DNA of 47,735 bases from an uncultured Gammaproteobacteria bacterium (GCA_964194995.1 CAXMPS010000227.1:1-47735); one strand, 5' to 3'; positions 1 to 11,395 are shown, numbered from the stretch's first letter. A program made the numbers and translations. The notes: generated by a model from the sequence alone, not told the origin.

Positions 1-17
1 CTAGCCTTTCGACGCCT

Positions 18-1031
18 ATGAAAGTCGACGAGTTCAAATACGACCTGCCCGATTCTGCGGTTGCCCAGCAGCCCGCTGAGCCCAGAGATGCGGCGCGTCT
101 GCTGGACACTCGCTCGATGAGCGACCACACGTTTGGGGATCTTCCCGATCTGTTGCGCGGGGGCGATCTGGTGGTGATCAACAACACGAGAGTTCGCAAT
201 GCACGGCTACGCGGCAGGAAGGCCGAAACGGGCGCCCGTGTCGACCTGCTGATTCTGGATCGCGCCGCCACCGGCTCATGGAAGGCAATGATCCGCCCAT
301 CTAGGCGGATACGGCCCGGAACCGTTGTCGAGTTCGACGGTTTCGGGGCAACCATCCTCGATGGTCCCAACCATGGCATCGTCACGATCGCGTTGGACGC
401 ACCCGATGCGGAGGGGGCGTTCGAGGAAGTCGGCGAGGTTCCGCTTCCGCCGTACTTTACGGGGCACTTGTCCGATCCAGATCGATACCAGACGATGTTC
501 GCCAGAGCGGTCGGGTCGGCCGCCGCGCCGACTGCGGGGCTTCATTTCACCCCGGAAGTAGTTGCGGGACTCGGCCAGGAGAAAATTGAGATCGCAGAAG
601 TCGAACTGCGTGTCGGCATGGACACATTCAGGCCGATCAGTACCGACACGATCGAGGAGCATGTGATGCATTCGGAATGGTGCTCAGTGCCGAAGGCGAC
701 AGCCGAGGCAGTCGCACGAACACGTCGAGCCGGAGGCCGGGTGGTCGCCGTTGGTACGACGACGGCTCGGACTTTGGAGACATTCGCCGGGGCCGGGCGC
801 AATGTTCTACATGGCCGGGCAGACACCAACCTGTTTCTGCGACCGGGGTCGGAGTTTCGGGTGGTCGATCTGATGGTGACCAATTTTCATGTTCCAGGTT
901 CGACCCTTGTTGTCATGATCGCGGCATTCATGGGTGACCGGTGGCGTGCTGCTTACCGAGAGGCCATGGAGCGGAGCTACCGATTCCTTTCGTTCGGCGA
1001 CGCGATGCTTTGTGAGAGACAGGAGGTGTAG
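18..1031 (+). CDS. queA: S-adenosylmethionine:tRNA ribosyltransferase-isomerase (QueA)
   Basis: 337-aa ORF with an ATG start. The N-terminus (MKVDEFKYDLP..QQPAEPRDAARLL) and the C-terminal TNFHVPGSTL...SYRFLSFGDAML are typical of QueA. It lies directly upstream of tgt. Confidence 0.93.
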   Translation: MKVDEFKYDLPDSAVAQQPAEPRDAARLLDTRSMSDHTFGDLPDLLRGGDLVVINNTRVRNARLRGRKAETGARVDLLILDRAATGSWKAMIRPSRRIRPGTVVEFDGFGATILDGPNHGIVTIALDAPDAEGAFEEVGEVPLPPYFTGHLSDPDRYQTMFARAVGSAAAPTAGLHFTPEVVAGLGQEKIEIAEVELRVGMDTFRPISTDTIEEHVMHSEWCSVPKATAEAVARTRRAGGRVVAVGTTTARTLETFAGAGRNVLHGRADTNLFLRPGSEFRVVDLMVTNFHVPGSTLVVMIAAFMGDRWRAAYREAMERSYRFLSFGDAMLCERQEV

Positions 1032-2147
<1,116 letters not shown>

Positions 2148-2310
2148 CCAGATCTGAGAGCCAAGTGGCCCGTCGCACCACGGCTTCGGCGTCTCTCCGG
2201 CCCTCGACGCCGTTCGCGTCGTCCTCCTCCTTGCCGCATGATCAGGTGCGGCTTCGTCGTGCGTCCTTGCGAATCGAACGCCGATGCCTCGGACACACTT
2301 ACGAACCATT

Positions 2311-2347
2311 GGTGAGACAGACCACTATTCTTTCGCTCTGTCTCACC
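2311..2347 (+). promoter_or_regulatory. perfect 11-bp inverted repeat (stem-loop) in the tgt-yajC spacer; function unknown
   Basis: ggtgagacaga (2311-2321) and tctgtctcacc (2337-2347) are exact reverse complements around a 15-nt loop (ccactattctttcgc). The element ends ~10 nt before the GGAGGA Shine-Dalgarno of yajC. Confidence 0.35.
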
Positions 2348-2366
2348 CACCTCCCGGAGGATCTCC

Positions 2367-2666
2367 GTGCCCTACGTTGTCTTAGCCCAGGAATCAAGCG
2401 GCAGTCCCGTGACGTCGATCGTTTTTCTCGGCCTCATGGTCGCTGTGTTCTGGCTGTTCATCATCCGACCCCAACGCCAGCGTTCCAAGAAGCAGAAGGC
2501 GCTCGCCGGTTCCTTGATGGTGGGCCAGGAAATCAGGACTATCGGCGGGATACACGGCACCGTGGTCTCACTCGACGAGGACAACGTTGTCCTCAAGGTC
2601 GAGGACGGAAAGATCCGCGTCACGCGTCGCGCCATTGGCTCTGTCGTCGGGGGAGACGACGCGTGA
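2367..2666 (+). CDS. yajC: preprotein translocase subunit YajC
   Basis: 99-aa ORF with a GTG start after GGAGGA. It has one N-terminal TM segment followed by QRQRSKKQKAL..L.VGQEI.T.GG.HG.V. It is followed by secD and secF. Confidence 0.9.
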   Translation: MPYVVLAQESSGSPVTSIVFLGLMVAVFWLFIIRPQRQRSKKQKALAGSLMVGQEIRTIGGIHGTVVSLDEDNVVLKVEDGKIRVTRRAIGSVVGGDDA

Positions 2667-2667
2667 C

Positions 2668-4083
2668 ATGACCCGCCGGCTTGTCGGCCTGATAATTGTT
2701 CTTGCTATCGCATGGGGGGGATTGGCCGTAGTGGTGTCAGCGGGGCTGAGCCCTCGTCTCGGCCTCGACCTCCAAGGTGGCACTGCGGTAGTCCTCACTG
2801 CGCCGGAAGGGACCGACCCGGAGCTGATCGAGGTTGCGACGGAGATCATGACCCGACGCATCGAAGACATCGGCGACGTCCAGGAGCCCGACATTCAGAT
2901 TTCGGGTGATAACACCGTGGTCGTGCAGCTTCCAGGCGTCGAGGATGAGCAACGAGCGATCGAAGCCGTCGGTCAAACCGGGCTTCTCTCTTTCCGGCCC
3001 GTTCTGAGCGCGGCGTTAGGCGACACAGGTCCCCTCGCCGGCACGGGGACCGAGAACATCGATGACACGACCGGTCTCACCGTCAATGACGATATTCACG
3101 CGGAAGCATGGCTTCTCTACGGGGACGTCCGTGCTCCGCCCCAGGTCCTCAACGTTGGGCCCGCAGCACTGGAAGGTGACGATGTAGCGGACGCCGTACC
3201 TGTCTTCGATCCCAATTCGGCGGTTTGGGCAGTGAGCCTCGACCTGACCAGCGAAGGAGCCGATGAGTTCGCGCAACTAACTGCCGCGGCCGCCTCCTTT
3301 CCCATCGGCGACACACGGCGTCAGATAGCGATCGTCCTCGACGGAGCAGTCGAAACGTCCCCGGCGGTCAACCCCAGCGTTTCCCCCGAGACCGGTATCT
3401 CGGGCGGAAGGGCACAAATCACAATGGGCCAGGGCGAGGAAGCCCAAGAGGAGGCCAACGATCTAGCCGTTGTTCTCCGCTATGGCTCGTTGCCGGTAGC
3501 CTTCGAGATCTCTGCCGTCACCAAGGTGTCGGGAACGCTCGGAGCGGACTCGCTTCAGGCCGGGATTCTGGCGGGCGCAATCGGCCTTGCGCTGGTCACA
3601 ATCGTTTTCCTGGTCTTCTACCGCTCGCTCGGATTGGTTGCGATCGTCGGTCTCACCGTGTTTGGCTCAATCCTGATGGCTCTTTTCGGGGCGCTCGGTC
3701 AGTGGATCGGCCTCACACTCACTCTTGCCGGCGTGACGGGGATCATTGTCTCGGTTGGCATCACCGCCGACAGCTATATCGTGTACTTCGAGCGGATCAA
3801 GGAGAACGTCCGTCAGGGGTACGAGGTCGATGGGGCGGCCAACGAGGGGTTCTCGTCCGCCTTTCGCACCATTCTGACTGCCGACACGGTAAGCCTCATC
3901 AGTGCTGTGCTTCTCTACACCCTGGCCGTTGGCGCGGTGAAAGGCTTCGCGTTGGCGCTTGGCATCGCCACTGTCCTCGACATCCTGATCGCTCGCTTTT
4001 TCACGAAACGAGCAGTCGGCATCCTGGCTGAGACGCGTCTCGGTAGTGGCGGAAGGTTCAGCATCGAGGGAGCCGCCAAATGA
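2668..4083 (+). CDS. secD: protein translocase subunit SecD
   Basis: The ORF track opens at 2587, but that start overlaps yajC. The in-frame ATG at 2668 (MTRRLVGLIIVLA, a TM segment) lies 2 nt after the yajC stop. Motifs LGLDLQGG and GITADSYIVYFERIKE are present, with a C-terminal multi-TM region. Confidence 0.9.
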   Translation: MTRRLVGLIIVLAIAWGGLAVVVSAGLSPRLGLDLQGGTAVVLTAPEGTDPELIEVATEIMTRRIEDIGDVQEPDIQISGDNTVVVQLPGVEDEQRAIEAVGQTGLLSFRPVLSAALGDTGPLAGTGTENIDDTTGLTVNDDIHAEAWLLYGDVRAPPQVLNVGPAALEGDDVADAVPVFDPNSAVWAVSLDLTSEGADEFAQLTAAAASFPIGDTRRQIAIVLDGAVETSPAVNPSVSPETGISGGRAQITMGQGEEAQEEANDLAVVLRYGSLPVAFEISAVTKVSGTLGADSLQAGILAGAIGLALVTIVFLVFYRSLGLVAIVGLTVFGSILMALFGALGQWIGLTLTLAGVTGIIVSVGITADSYIVYFERIKENVRQGYEVDGAANEGFSSAFRTILTADTVSLISAVLLYTLAVGAVKGFALALGIATVLDILIARFFTKRAVGILAETRLGSGGRFSIEGAAK

Positions 4084-5039
4084 GCACTTGGAGCCGGCTC
4101 AAACGTGGTGAAACCGAGATCGATTTTGTGGGCCTTCGCAAACGCTGGCTAATCATCTCGGCGGTCCTGCTGACAATCTCGCTGGCGAGCCTCGGGCTAC
4201 GTCAGCTGAACCTCGGGATCGAGTTCGTTGGCGGACTGGGAATGCAGGCTCCGAATCCTGCCGGCGCCGAAGTCGGCGAGATTCGGGACGCCCTGGCGGG
4301 CGCTGGAGTCGACGATGCGACGATCCAGTTGATAGACGACGGTGCCGCCGTGCGAGTCACTACGCCCGACCTGGATATCGAAGTTGAGAACGCGGCTGTC
4401 GACGCCCTCGCCGAGGTAACTGGGGCTGATCGGAGCGAAATCTCTATCGAGTCGGTTGGCCCATCGTTTGGAGCTCTCGTGTTGAGAAGGGCCTTGACCG
4501 CTCTCGCGGTGTTTCTCGGCGTGGTGGTGCTTTTCATCACCTGGCGGCTCGAGTTCAAAATGGCGATGGCGGGCATCGTCGCACTGACTCACGACTTACT
4601 GATAACCGTCGGGGTGTATTCCCTCACCGGCTTCGTTGTGACGCCGGCGACGGTGGTGGCGGTGCTGACCATCCTCGGCTACTCGCTTTATGACACGGTT
4701 GTGGTGTTCGACAAGGTCGAGGAGCTGGTCGAGATCGAGGATGAGAAGACCTATTCCGAGATCGTCAACCTGGCTATGAACCAGGTACTGGCGCGGTCGT
4801 TGGCGACGTCCCTCACATCTCTGTTGCCCGTGGGATCGATCCTTTTCGTGGGGTCCTTCGTTCTGGGAGCTCCCTCATTGCGCGAATTCGCCCTTGCCCT
4901 GTTTGTGGGGATCGCCGCCGGCACCTACTCCTCTATCTTCGTGGCCGCCCCATTGCTTGCTACCTGGAAGGAACGTGAGGAGTTCTGGCAGGAGCGAGCC
5001 GCTTGGGTGGCGAGGCGAGCAAAGGCCGCCAAACGCTGA
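4080..5039 (+). CDS. secF: protein translocase subunit SecF
   Basis: 319-aa ORF with an ATGA overlap onto the secD stop. Motifs LGIEFVGG and GYSLYDTVVVFDKV are present, with a multi-TM C-terminus. Confidence 0.92.
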   Translation: MSTWSRLKRGETEIDFVGLRKRWLIISAVLLTISLASLGLRQLNLGIEFVGGLGMQAPNPAGAEVGEIRDALAGAGVDDATIQLIDDGAAVRVTTPDLDIEVENAAVDALAEVTGADRSEISIESVGPSFGALVLRRALTALAVFLGVVVLFITWRLEFKMAMAGIVALTHDLLITVGVYSLTGFVVTPATVVAVLTILGYSLYDTVVVFDKVEELVEIEDEKTYSEIVNLAMNQVLARSLATSLTSLLPVGSILFVGSFVLGAPSLREFALALFVGIAAGTYSSIFVAAPLLATWKEREEFWQERAAWVARRAKAAKR

Positions 5040-5060
5040 GCCGACCGTAGACTCTGGCCG

Positions 5061-5579
5061 GTGGACCACGTCACCTCACTGATTCGTGACATCCCCGACT
5101 TTCCGGAGCCGGGCGTCGTCTTCAAGGACATAACCCCTGTTCTTGCCGACAGCCGAGCCCTCAAGACCCTGGTCGACGCATTGGCCGCGCCCTACATAAA
5201 TCAGGGGATCAGCAAGGTTGCCGGCATCGAGGCCCGAGGCTTCACTCTGGCCACTCCTGTTGCCGATCGTCTGGGAGCGGGCTTCATACCGATGCGAAAG
5301 CCCGGAAAACTCCCTTGGGAGACGGTTCGTGAGGATTACTCCCTTGAGTACGGGGCAGACGCGCTCGAGATCCATACCGATGCGGCTGAGCCCGGCGAGA
5401 GGGTCTTGATTGTCGACGATGTGATTGCAACCGGAGGCACTGCCGCAGCCGCGGTCAGATTGCTGAGGGGAGTGAATGCCGAGGTGGTGGGGTTCTCCGT
5501 GTTCATCGAACTCGTCTTTTTGGATGGCGCTTCCAAGTTGAATGGGGTACCGGTCAATGCCCTGGTCAAATACGACTGA
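5061..5579 (+). CDS. apt: adenine phosphoribosyltransferase
   Basis: 172-aa ORF with a GTG start. It contains IRDIPDFPEPGVVFKDITP and the PRPP-binding motif VLIVDDVIATGGTAAA. Confidence 0.93.
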   Translation: MDHVTSLIRDIPDFPEPGVVFKDITPVLADSRALKTLVDALAAPYINQGISKVAGIEARGFTLATPVADRLGAGFIPMRKPGKLPWETVREDYSLEYGADALEIHTDAAEPGERVLIVDDVIATGGTAAAAVRLLRGVNAEVVGFSVFIELVFLDGASKLNGVPVNALVKYD

Positions 5580-7722
5580 CGCCGTCGCGCCCGCCACCCT
5601 CGACGGTGTGATCACCGCCTTCAAGGCTCATCATCCTGAGGGCGATGCTGACCTGCTGCGACGTGCGTGTGACGTGGCGACAATTGCCCACAGCGGTCAG
5701 GTCCGTAAGACCGGTGACCCCTACATAAGCCATCCAACGACGGTGGCGCTCATGCTGGCCGAGTACGGCCTCGATCAACAGACGATTGCCGCCGCATTTC
5801 TCCACGACACTGTCGAGGACACACCGCTGACTCTGGCGGAAATAGACCGCGAATTCGGGCCCGAGATCGCCGGATTGATCGACGGTGTCACCAAGCTTGA
5901 TCGAGTCCGATTCTCGAATCGGGAGCAGGCACAAGCCGCCACGATCCGAAAGATGGTGGTCGCCATGGCTCAGGACGTTCGTGTCTTGATCATCAAGCTT
6001 TTCGACCGCCTCCACAACATCCGGACCGTTCACGCTCTCCGTGACGAGAAGCAGAAACGGGTCGCCAAGGAAACACTCGATGTTTATGCGCCATTGGCCC
6101 ATCGACTCGGTGTGCAGGAGATCAAGCATGAGTTCGAGGACCGCTGTTTCGCAATTCTCTATCCAGGCCCAAACGTCGAGATCAAAGCGAAGCTTGCCGA
6201 GAGGGCTCCGGAGCGGGAGGCGTTCATCAAGAAGATGGTCGAGGAAGTGACTGGCATCCTGGCCGATTCCGGTGTCGAGGCCGACGTCACGGGGCGGCCC
6301 AAGCACGAATACTCCATCTACCGGAAGATGCTGGAGGAAAACCGGCCCTTCGAGGACATCCACGACCTCATCGGTGTCCGCATCATCACTCCGACCACGC
6401 GTGATTGTTACGCCGCTCTTGGTTTGGTGCATAGCCACTGGGTCCCGGTGACCGGTCGCTTCAAGGACTATGTGGCGATGCCCAAGATCAACCTCTATCA
6501 GTCCCTCCACACCACGGTGATTGGTCCCGATGGCAAAGCCATCGAGATCCAGATCCGGACCCAGGAGATGCACCAGCGCGCAGAGTCCGGTATCGCTGCA
6601 CACTGGCGCTACAAGGAAGGGGAGGTCGGGAGTTTCCCCGATATGGATCTGGCTGCGATGGGCGCAGACGAGGATCCGGAGGAGTTTCTGGCAAACTTGA
6701 AGCTGGACCTCTATCAGAACGAGGTATTCGTCCTCACGCCGGGAGGCGATGTCAAGTCACTTCCCGCGAGCGCGACGGCGGTCGACTTTGCCTATTCGGT
6801 CCATACCGAGGTGGGACACCGCTGTGTTGGGGCCCGGGTCAACGGGCGTCTCGTACCGCTTTCCACCCGGCTGCAATCGGGTGACATCGTGGAGGTGCTG
6901 ACGTCCAAGTCTCCCAGCGCCGGGCCCAGTCGCGACTGGCTCAACTTTGTACGAACCGGCCGCGCCAAGTCGAAGATCAAACAGTGGTTTACCAAGGAGC
7001 GGCGCGACCAAGCGCTTGTCGAAGGCAAGGATCAGCTAAATACCTTCTTCAAGAAGGATGCGTCCGACCTGTCGGCCGCCCAGCGAGATGAACATCTCGA
7101 CCGGATCGCCAAGGATCTGGGCCAGAACAGTGTTGAAGCCCTCCAGATCGCCGTCGGTGATGGGCACGTGTCGATCGACTCGGTGGCCACCCGTCTTCAC
7201 AGGATTCTCACCCCCGACACCGGAGACGATCTCTTCGTTCCAAAGCGTCGTCGTCCCCAAGACAGCGCCCACGTAGTCGTGGAAGGTCAGGACGACATGT
7301 TGATCCACCTGGCTCGCTGCTGTGCTCCGGTGCCGGGAGATGCAATTGTCGGCTATGTCACGGTTGGTCGAGGGGTGTCAGTCCACCGATCGGACTGCAC
7401 CAATGTGTCGTCTTTGGCCGAGCGACGGGAGCGGACAGTCGAGGTGTCTTGGCCGGCAGAAGATGTGGGTGCGTTTGTTGTGTGGATCCAGGTCGAAGCC
7501 CTCGACAGAACCAGGCTGTTGAGAGATGTCACCGCCTTGGTCAGTGACACCGGAGGGAACATCACCGCGTCTTCGACCAACGTCGGAGACGATCGCGTCG
7601 CAATTCTCAGATACGAGGTTGAACTCTCCGATCCGAGCCAACTGCCGCGGCTTCTCTCCGACCTGCGTGGGGTAGACGGGGTATTCACTGCTTTTCGGCT
7701 AGCCAACGACCCGGCATCCTGA
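5542..7722 (+). CDS. relA: bifunctional (p)ppGpp synthetase/hydrolase (Rel/SpoT family)
   Basis: HD hydrolase motif (HDTVEDT). Synthetase motifs RPKHEYSIYRKM, DLIGVRIIT and YQSLHTTV..IEIQIRTQEMH. The C-terminus is TGS- and ACT-like. The start is uncertain: the ORF overlaps the apt 3' end, and ATG 5557 or GTG 5608 are alternatives. Confidence 0.9.
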   Translation: MGYRSMPWSNTTDAVAPATLDGVITAFKAHHPEGDADLLRRACDVATIAHSGQVRKTGDPYISHPTTVALMLAEYGLDQQTIAAAFLHDTVEDTPLTLAEIDREFGPEIAGLIDGVTKLDRVRFSNREQAQAATIRKMVVAMAQDVRVLIIKLFDRLHNIRTVHALRDEKQKRVAKETLDVYAPLAHRLGVQEIKHEFEDRCFAILYPGPNVEIKAKLAERAPEREAFIKKMVEEVTGILADSGVEADVTGRPKHEYSIYRKMLEENRPFEDIHDLIGVRIITPTTRDCYAALGLVHSHWVPVTGRFKDYVAMPKINLYQSLHTTVIGPDGKAIEIQIRTQEMHQRAESGIAAHWRYKEGEVGSFPDMDLAAMGADEDPEEFLANLKLDLYQNEVFVLTPGGDVKSLPASATAVDFAYSVHTEVGHRCVGARVNGRLVPLSTRLQSGDIVEVLTSKSPSAGPSRDWLNFVRTGRAKSKIKQWFTKERRDQALVEGKDQLNTFFKKDASDLSAAQRDEHLDRIAKDLGQNSVEALQIAVGDGHVSIDSVATRLHRILTPDTGDDLFVPKRRRPQDSAHVVVEGQDDMLIHLARCCAPVPGDAIVGYVTVGRGVSVHRSDCTNVSSLAERRERTVEVSWPAEDVGAFVVWIQVEALDRTRLLRDVTALVSDTGGNITASSTNVGDDRVAILRYEVELSDPSQLPRLLSDLRGVDGVFTAFRLANDPAS

Positions 7723-7726
7723 CCTT

Positions 7727-8395
7727 GTGCTGGTAATTCCGATACCGGCGTGGGTTGCTGCCACCAACGCGTATGTTGTCGCCGGTGAGGCCGGAGGGCC
7801 AGCTGTTGTGGTCGATGCTCCGCCTGAACCGGAGCTGATCGGTCGAGTTCTCGCGAAGCACGATCTCGCGGCGGTCGCATTGCTGTTGACCCACGGTCAT
7901 GTCGATCACACCGGGGGCAGCGGAGCCCTTTCAGGGACTACTGGTGCGGCTGTGTACGTCCATCCCGACGACGACTTCCTCACTCTCGATCCAATCAAGC
8001 AACTCGAGCTCATGTTCGGTTTGACGCCGCCAGGCTCGTACGAGGTGCCCAAGGAGTTCAAGCGCCTCGAGGACGGCCAAGTGCTGGACCTGGCGGGGCT
8101 CCAGTTCGGGGTTCGTCACACCCCGGGCCATACGCCGGGCCACTGTTGCTTCTATCTCGAATCCGAGGAGACGTTCTTCTCCGGCGACCAGCTGTTCGCC
8201 GGGTCGGTAGGACGTACCGACCTGGCCGGCGGGTCCTACCCGGATCTGATCCGTTCGATGAAGGAGAAGGTGTTGGTGCTCCCCGATGACACCAGGGTGC
8301 TTCCGGGTCATGGACCGGAGACCACCATCGGACGAGAGCGGGCAACAAATCCTTTTCTCAGGCAAGAAAACCAGAGAGAAAACTTCTCCAGTTAA
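7727..8395 (+). CDS. MBL-fold metallo-hydrolase (glyoxalase II-like)
   Basis: 222-aa ORF with a GTG start. It contains the HxHxDH motif (THGHVDHTGG), HTPGHTPGH and a distal PGHG. From memory, a gene of this type sits between rel and hisS in other Actinobacteria. Confidence 0.85.
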   Translation: MLVIPIPAWVAATNAYVVAGEAGGPAVVVDAPPEPELIGRVLAKHDLAAVALLLTHGHVDHTGGSGALSGTTGAAVYVHPDDDFLTLDPIKQLELMFGLTPPGSYEVPKEFKRLEDGQVLDLAGLQFGVRHTPGHTPGHCCFYLESEETFFSGDQLFAGSVGRTDLAGGSYPDLIRSMKEKVLVLPDDTRVLPGHGPETTIGRERATNPFLRQENQRENFSS

Positions 8396-8408
8396 CCTCG
8401 CGTCCTTC

Positions 8409-9638
8409 ATGAGCTTTCGACCCCCCAAGGGCACCTACGATGTGGTCGCGGGCGCCTCGCCGCCGATCAGCGACCCTCAGATCTGGCGCTCTCTGCTGGG
8501 CGAGTGGGAGCAGTGGGCGGAGCGGTTCGGGTATCCGCTCACGATGACGCCCGTCTTTGAGGCAACCGAGCTGTTCGAAAGAGGCGTCGGTGGCTCCTCC
8601 GAGGTGGTCACCAAGCAGATGTACACATTCGAGGACAAGGGCGGCCGCTCGATCACGCTTCGCCCGGAGGGCACGGCCGGCGTCGTCAGAGCCTTTCTCA
8701 ATGCCGGCGGCCAGGGTGCCTGGAAGGGTGCCTACTCGGGCCCGATGTTTCGTTATGAACGTCCCCAGAAGGGCCGATACCGCCAGTTCTGGCAGGTCGG
8801 CGTGGAGTATCTCGATGCTGAGGCCCCCGGTGCCGACTCCGAGGTCATCGAACTCGGCTACCGATACCTCACAGCGGTGGAAATGCCCGGACTGGAGGTT
8901 CGTCTCAACAGTCTCGGGGACTCGGAGTGTCGTCCTGCCTATCTCGAGCAGCTCAGCGCGTACCTGGATGAGCGCCGCGAGAAACTCTGCGGGGATTCGT
9001 TGGACCTGCTCGATGTCAATCCGTTGCGAGTTCTGGATTGCAAGGTTTGCGCACCGCACCTCACCGATGCCCCAGAGATGACGGACAACCTCTGCGACGC
9101 GTGCCGCGACCACTTCCAGTCGGTGAAAACCTCTCTAAACGCCCTCGACATCCCGTACGTCCAGGACCCGCGACTGGTGAGGGGGCTGGACTACTACACC
9201 CGCACCGCCTTTGAGTTCATCGGGACAGAGTTGGACGCTGCCCAAAACGCAGTTGGTGGCGGAGGTCGTTACGACGGTCTTGCCGAATCAATCGGCGGTC
9301 GTCGAACCCCTGGAGTCGGTCTGGCACTTGGCGTTGATCGAATAGTCATTGCCCTGGAATCGGCCGACGCGGCGTCGATCGATGTTTACATAGTCTCCGA
9401 GTCCGGCCCCGGTGATGCTCTGCTGGCGGCATCCGCCTTGCGACGGTCTGGCCTCAGAGTCGACTTCGACACCGAGGACCGCTCCGTCAAGGCCCAATTT
9501 CGGGCCGCCAACCGCTCCGGTGCGGGTACGACGCTGGTCATGGGTGGACTCGACAAGCCGGTCGATGTGCGCATCGGAGGGGACCGGTCGACGATGCCCC
9601 TGGAGGAGGTCTCAGATTGGATGAACGCGACGTTGTGA
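8409..9638 (+). CDS. hisS: histidine--tRNA ligase
   Basis: The track ORF starts at 8286 and overlaps the previous gene. The in-frame ATG at 8409 gives MSFRPPKGTYDV, a typical HisRS N-terminus. Class II motifs MFRYERPQKGRYRQFWQ and GGGGRYDGL are present. Confidence 0.92.
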   Translation: MSFRPPKGTYDVVAGASPPISDPQIWRSLLGEWEQWAERFGYPLTMTPVFEATELFERGVGGSSEVVTKQMYTFEDKGGRSITLRPEGTAGVVRAFLNAGGQGAWKGAYSGPMFRYERPQKGRYRQFWQVGVEYLDAEAPGADSEVIELGYRYLTAVEMPGLEVRLNSLGDSECRPAYLEQLSAYLDERREKLCGDSLDLLDVNPLRVLDCKVCAPHLTDAPEMTDNLCDACRDHFQSVKTSLNALDIPYVQDPRLVRGLDYYTRTAFEFIGTELDAAQNAVGGGGRYDGLAESIGGRRTPGVGLALGVDRIVIALESADAASIDVYIVSESGPGDALLAASALRRSGLRVDFDTEDRSVKAQFRAANRSGAGTTLVMGGLDKPVDVRIGGDRSTMPLEEVSDWMNATL

Positions 9639-11395
9639 TGAGGACCCATCGGGCAAACGAGATAACCGTTGGCGAGATAGGTCAGAAGGTCGCGATCGCT
9701 GGATGGGTCCAGCGTCGTCGTGATCACGGCGGCATCGCCTTTCTCGATATACGCGACGCCACCGGGATCGTCCAGGTCGTTGCCGACCCCGAAGACCATG
9801 AGGCGGTGAGCGACATCAAGATGGAATTCTGCGTCTCCGTGGCTGGGACCGTTCGGTCCAGGCCAGAGGGCACCGAGAACCCCGATCTCCCCACCGGCCA
9901 GATCGAGATCGGCGCCGAAGAGATTGTGGTGCTTTCGGCCGCCGGAACATTGCCGTTCATGATCGATGATCGGGTGGAGGTCGACGAAAGGGTCCGTCTT
10001 CAGTATCGGTATCTCGACCTTCGCAGGCCGCGGATGGCCGCCAACCTCAAGGCACGCTCCGGAGCCACGGCTGCAATCCGTCGCACCCTCGATCAGGCAG
10101 GATTCCTCGAGGTCGAAACACCAACACTGATCAACAGCACTCCTGAGGGGGCGCGTGATGTGTTGGTCCCTTCTCGGCTTCGCACGGGCGAGTTCTATGC
10201 GCTGCCTCAGTCGCCTCAGTTGTTCAAGCAGCTATTGATGATTTCTGGGGTTGAGCGCTACTTCCAGATTGCCCGCTGTTACCGGGATGAAGACTTCCGG
10301 TCGGATCGTCAGCTGGAGTTCACCCAACTCGACCTCGAAGGCGCGTTCTGGGATCGAGATGATGTGTTGGACGTCATCGAATCGGTTCTCGTCGCCGTGG
10401 CCAGGGAGTTGCGGGGAGTGGACGTCCCGAGGCCATTCCCCCATCTCACCTGGCACGAGGCGATGAACCGCTACGGCTCGGATAAGCCAGACATCCGATT
10501 CGGCATGGAGATCGTCGACCTGTCCTTGGTGTTCGCGGAGTCGGGGTTTGGAGTGTTCAAGGGTGCGATCGAGGCCGGGGGCACGGTCAGAGGGATAAAT
10601 GCAGGGACACGGGAGTGGTCGAGGTCGCGTGCTGATGCTCTCACCGAGCGAGCCAAGGAGCTCGGAGCCAAGGGTTTGGTCTGGATGGTTGTAGAGGACG
10701 ATGGCTCGCTACGTTCGCCCATCGCCAAATTCTTGAACGACGCCGAGCTTGAAGGGATCAAGCAAGCGTTCTCTGCGAAGCCGGGGGACATTCTCTTGCT
10801 TGCTGCCGATACGTGGAAGACGGCAGTCACGGTGCTTGGCAGCTTGCGTCTTGACCTCGGGCGCCCCGCCAACCACGACGACCTCGAATTCCTCTGGGTT
10901 GTCGATTTCCCCCTATTCGAGGAGGGAGACGATGGGTCGATCACGTTCTCACATCATCCATTCACCTCCCCAAAGTCTCTCGATGACATGAGAGAGCGCC
11001 CGAGGGAGGCGATTTCGAACGCCTACGACGCGGTTCTCAACGGGATAGAACTCGGTTCCGGCTCGGTCAGGATTCACGATCCAGACGTCCAGCGGCAGGT
11101 CTTCGACATACTCGGAATCGAGTCAGATACGGCTGAGAAGCGATTCGGCTGGTTTCTCGAAGCCCTTCGATACGGGACCCCTCCTCATGCCGGCTTCGCG
11201 TTTGGAGTCGACCGCTTGGTCATGGCGCTTCAGAACGAGAGCTCGATTCGAGAGGTGATCCCCTTCCCCAAGACCCAGACGGGATTAGATCCGATGACCG
11301 GGGCCCCGACTTGGGTCGACGATGAACAGCTAGAGGAGCTGGGAATCGAGCTAACGCCGGACTCGGAAGCGAGGCGGGAAGAGTCGGAAGCCTGA
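9638..11395 (+). CDS. aspS: aspartate--tRNA ligase
   Basis: OB-fold N-terminus (FLDIRDATGIVQVV) and motifs FQIARCYRDED, GSGSVRIH and GFAFGVDRL. The ATG at 9638 overlaps the hisS TGA by 1 nt. The track start at 9617 is the alternative. Confidence 0.92.
   Translation: MRTHRANEITVGEIGQKVAIAGWVQRRRDHGGIAFLDIRDATGIVQVVADPEDHEAVSDIKMEFCVSVAGTVRSRPEGTENPDLPTGQIEIGAEEIVVLSAAGTLPFMIDDRVEVDERVRLQYRYLDLRRPRMAANLKARSGATAAIRRTLDQAGFLEVETPTLINSTPEGARDVLVPSRLRTGEFYALPQSPQLFKQLLMISGVERYFQIARCYRDEDFRSDRQLEFTQLDLEGAFWDRDDVLDVIESVLVAVARELRGVDVPRPFPHLTWHEAMNRYGSDKPDIRFGMEIVDLSLVFAESGFGVFKGAIEAGGTVRGINAGTREWSRSRADALTERAKELGAKGLVWMVVEDDGSLRSPIAKFLNDAELEGIKQAFSAKPGDILLLAADTWKTAVTVLGSLRLDLGRPANHDDLEFLWVVDFPLFEEGDDGSITFSHHPFTSPKSLDDMRERPREAISNAYDAVLNGIELGSGSVRIHDPDVQRQVFDILGIESDTAEKRFGWFLEALRYGTPPHAGFAFGVDRLVMALQNESSIREVIPFPKTQTGLDPMTGAPTWVDDEQLEELGIELTPDSEARREESEA

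Noticed and set aside
2587-2667. N-terminal extensions in the ORF track: secD 2587, hisS 8286, aroC 19933, pyrC 23828, gmk 27212 and the trmH-like gene 39723.
   Set aside because: Each extension overlaps the preceding gene out of frame and adds Arg/Ser/Pro-rich sequence. The conserved N-terminus of each family begins at a downstream in-frame start next to the upstream stop.
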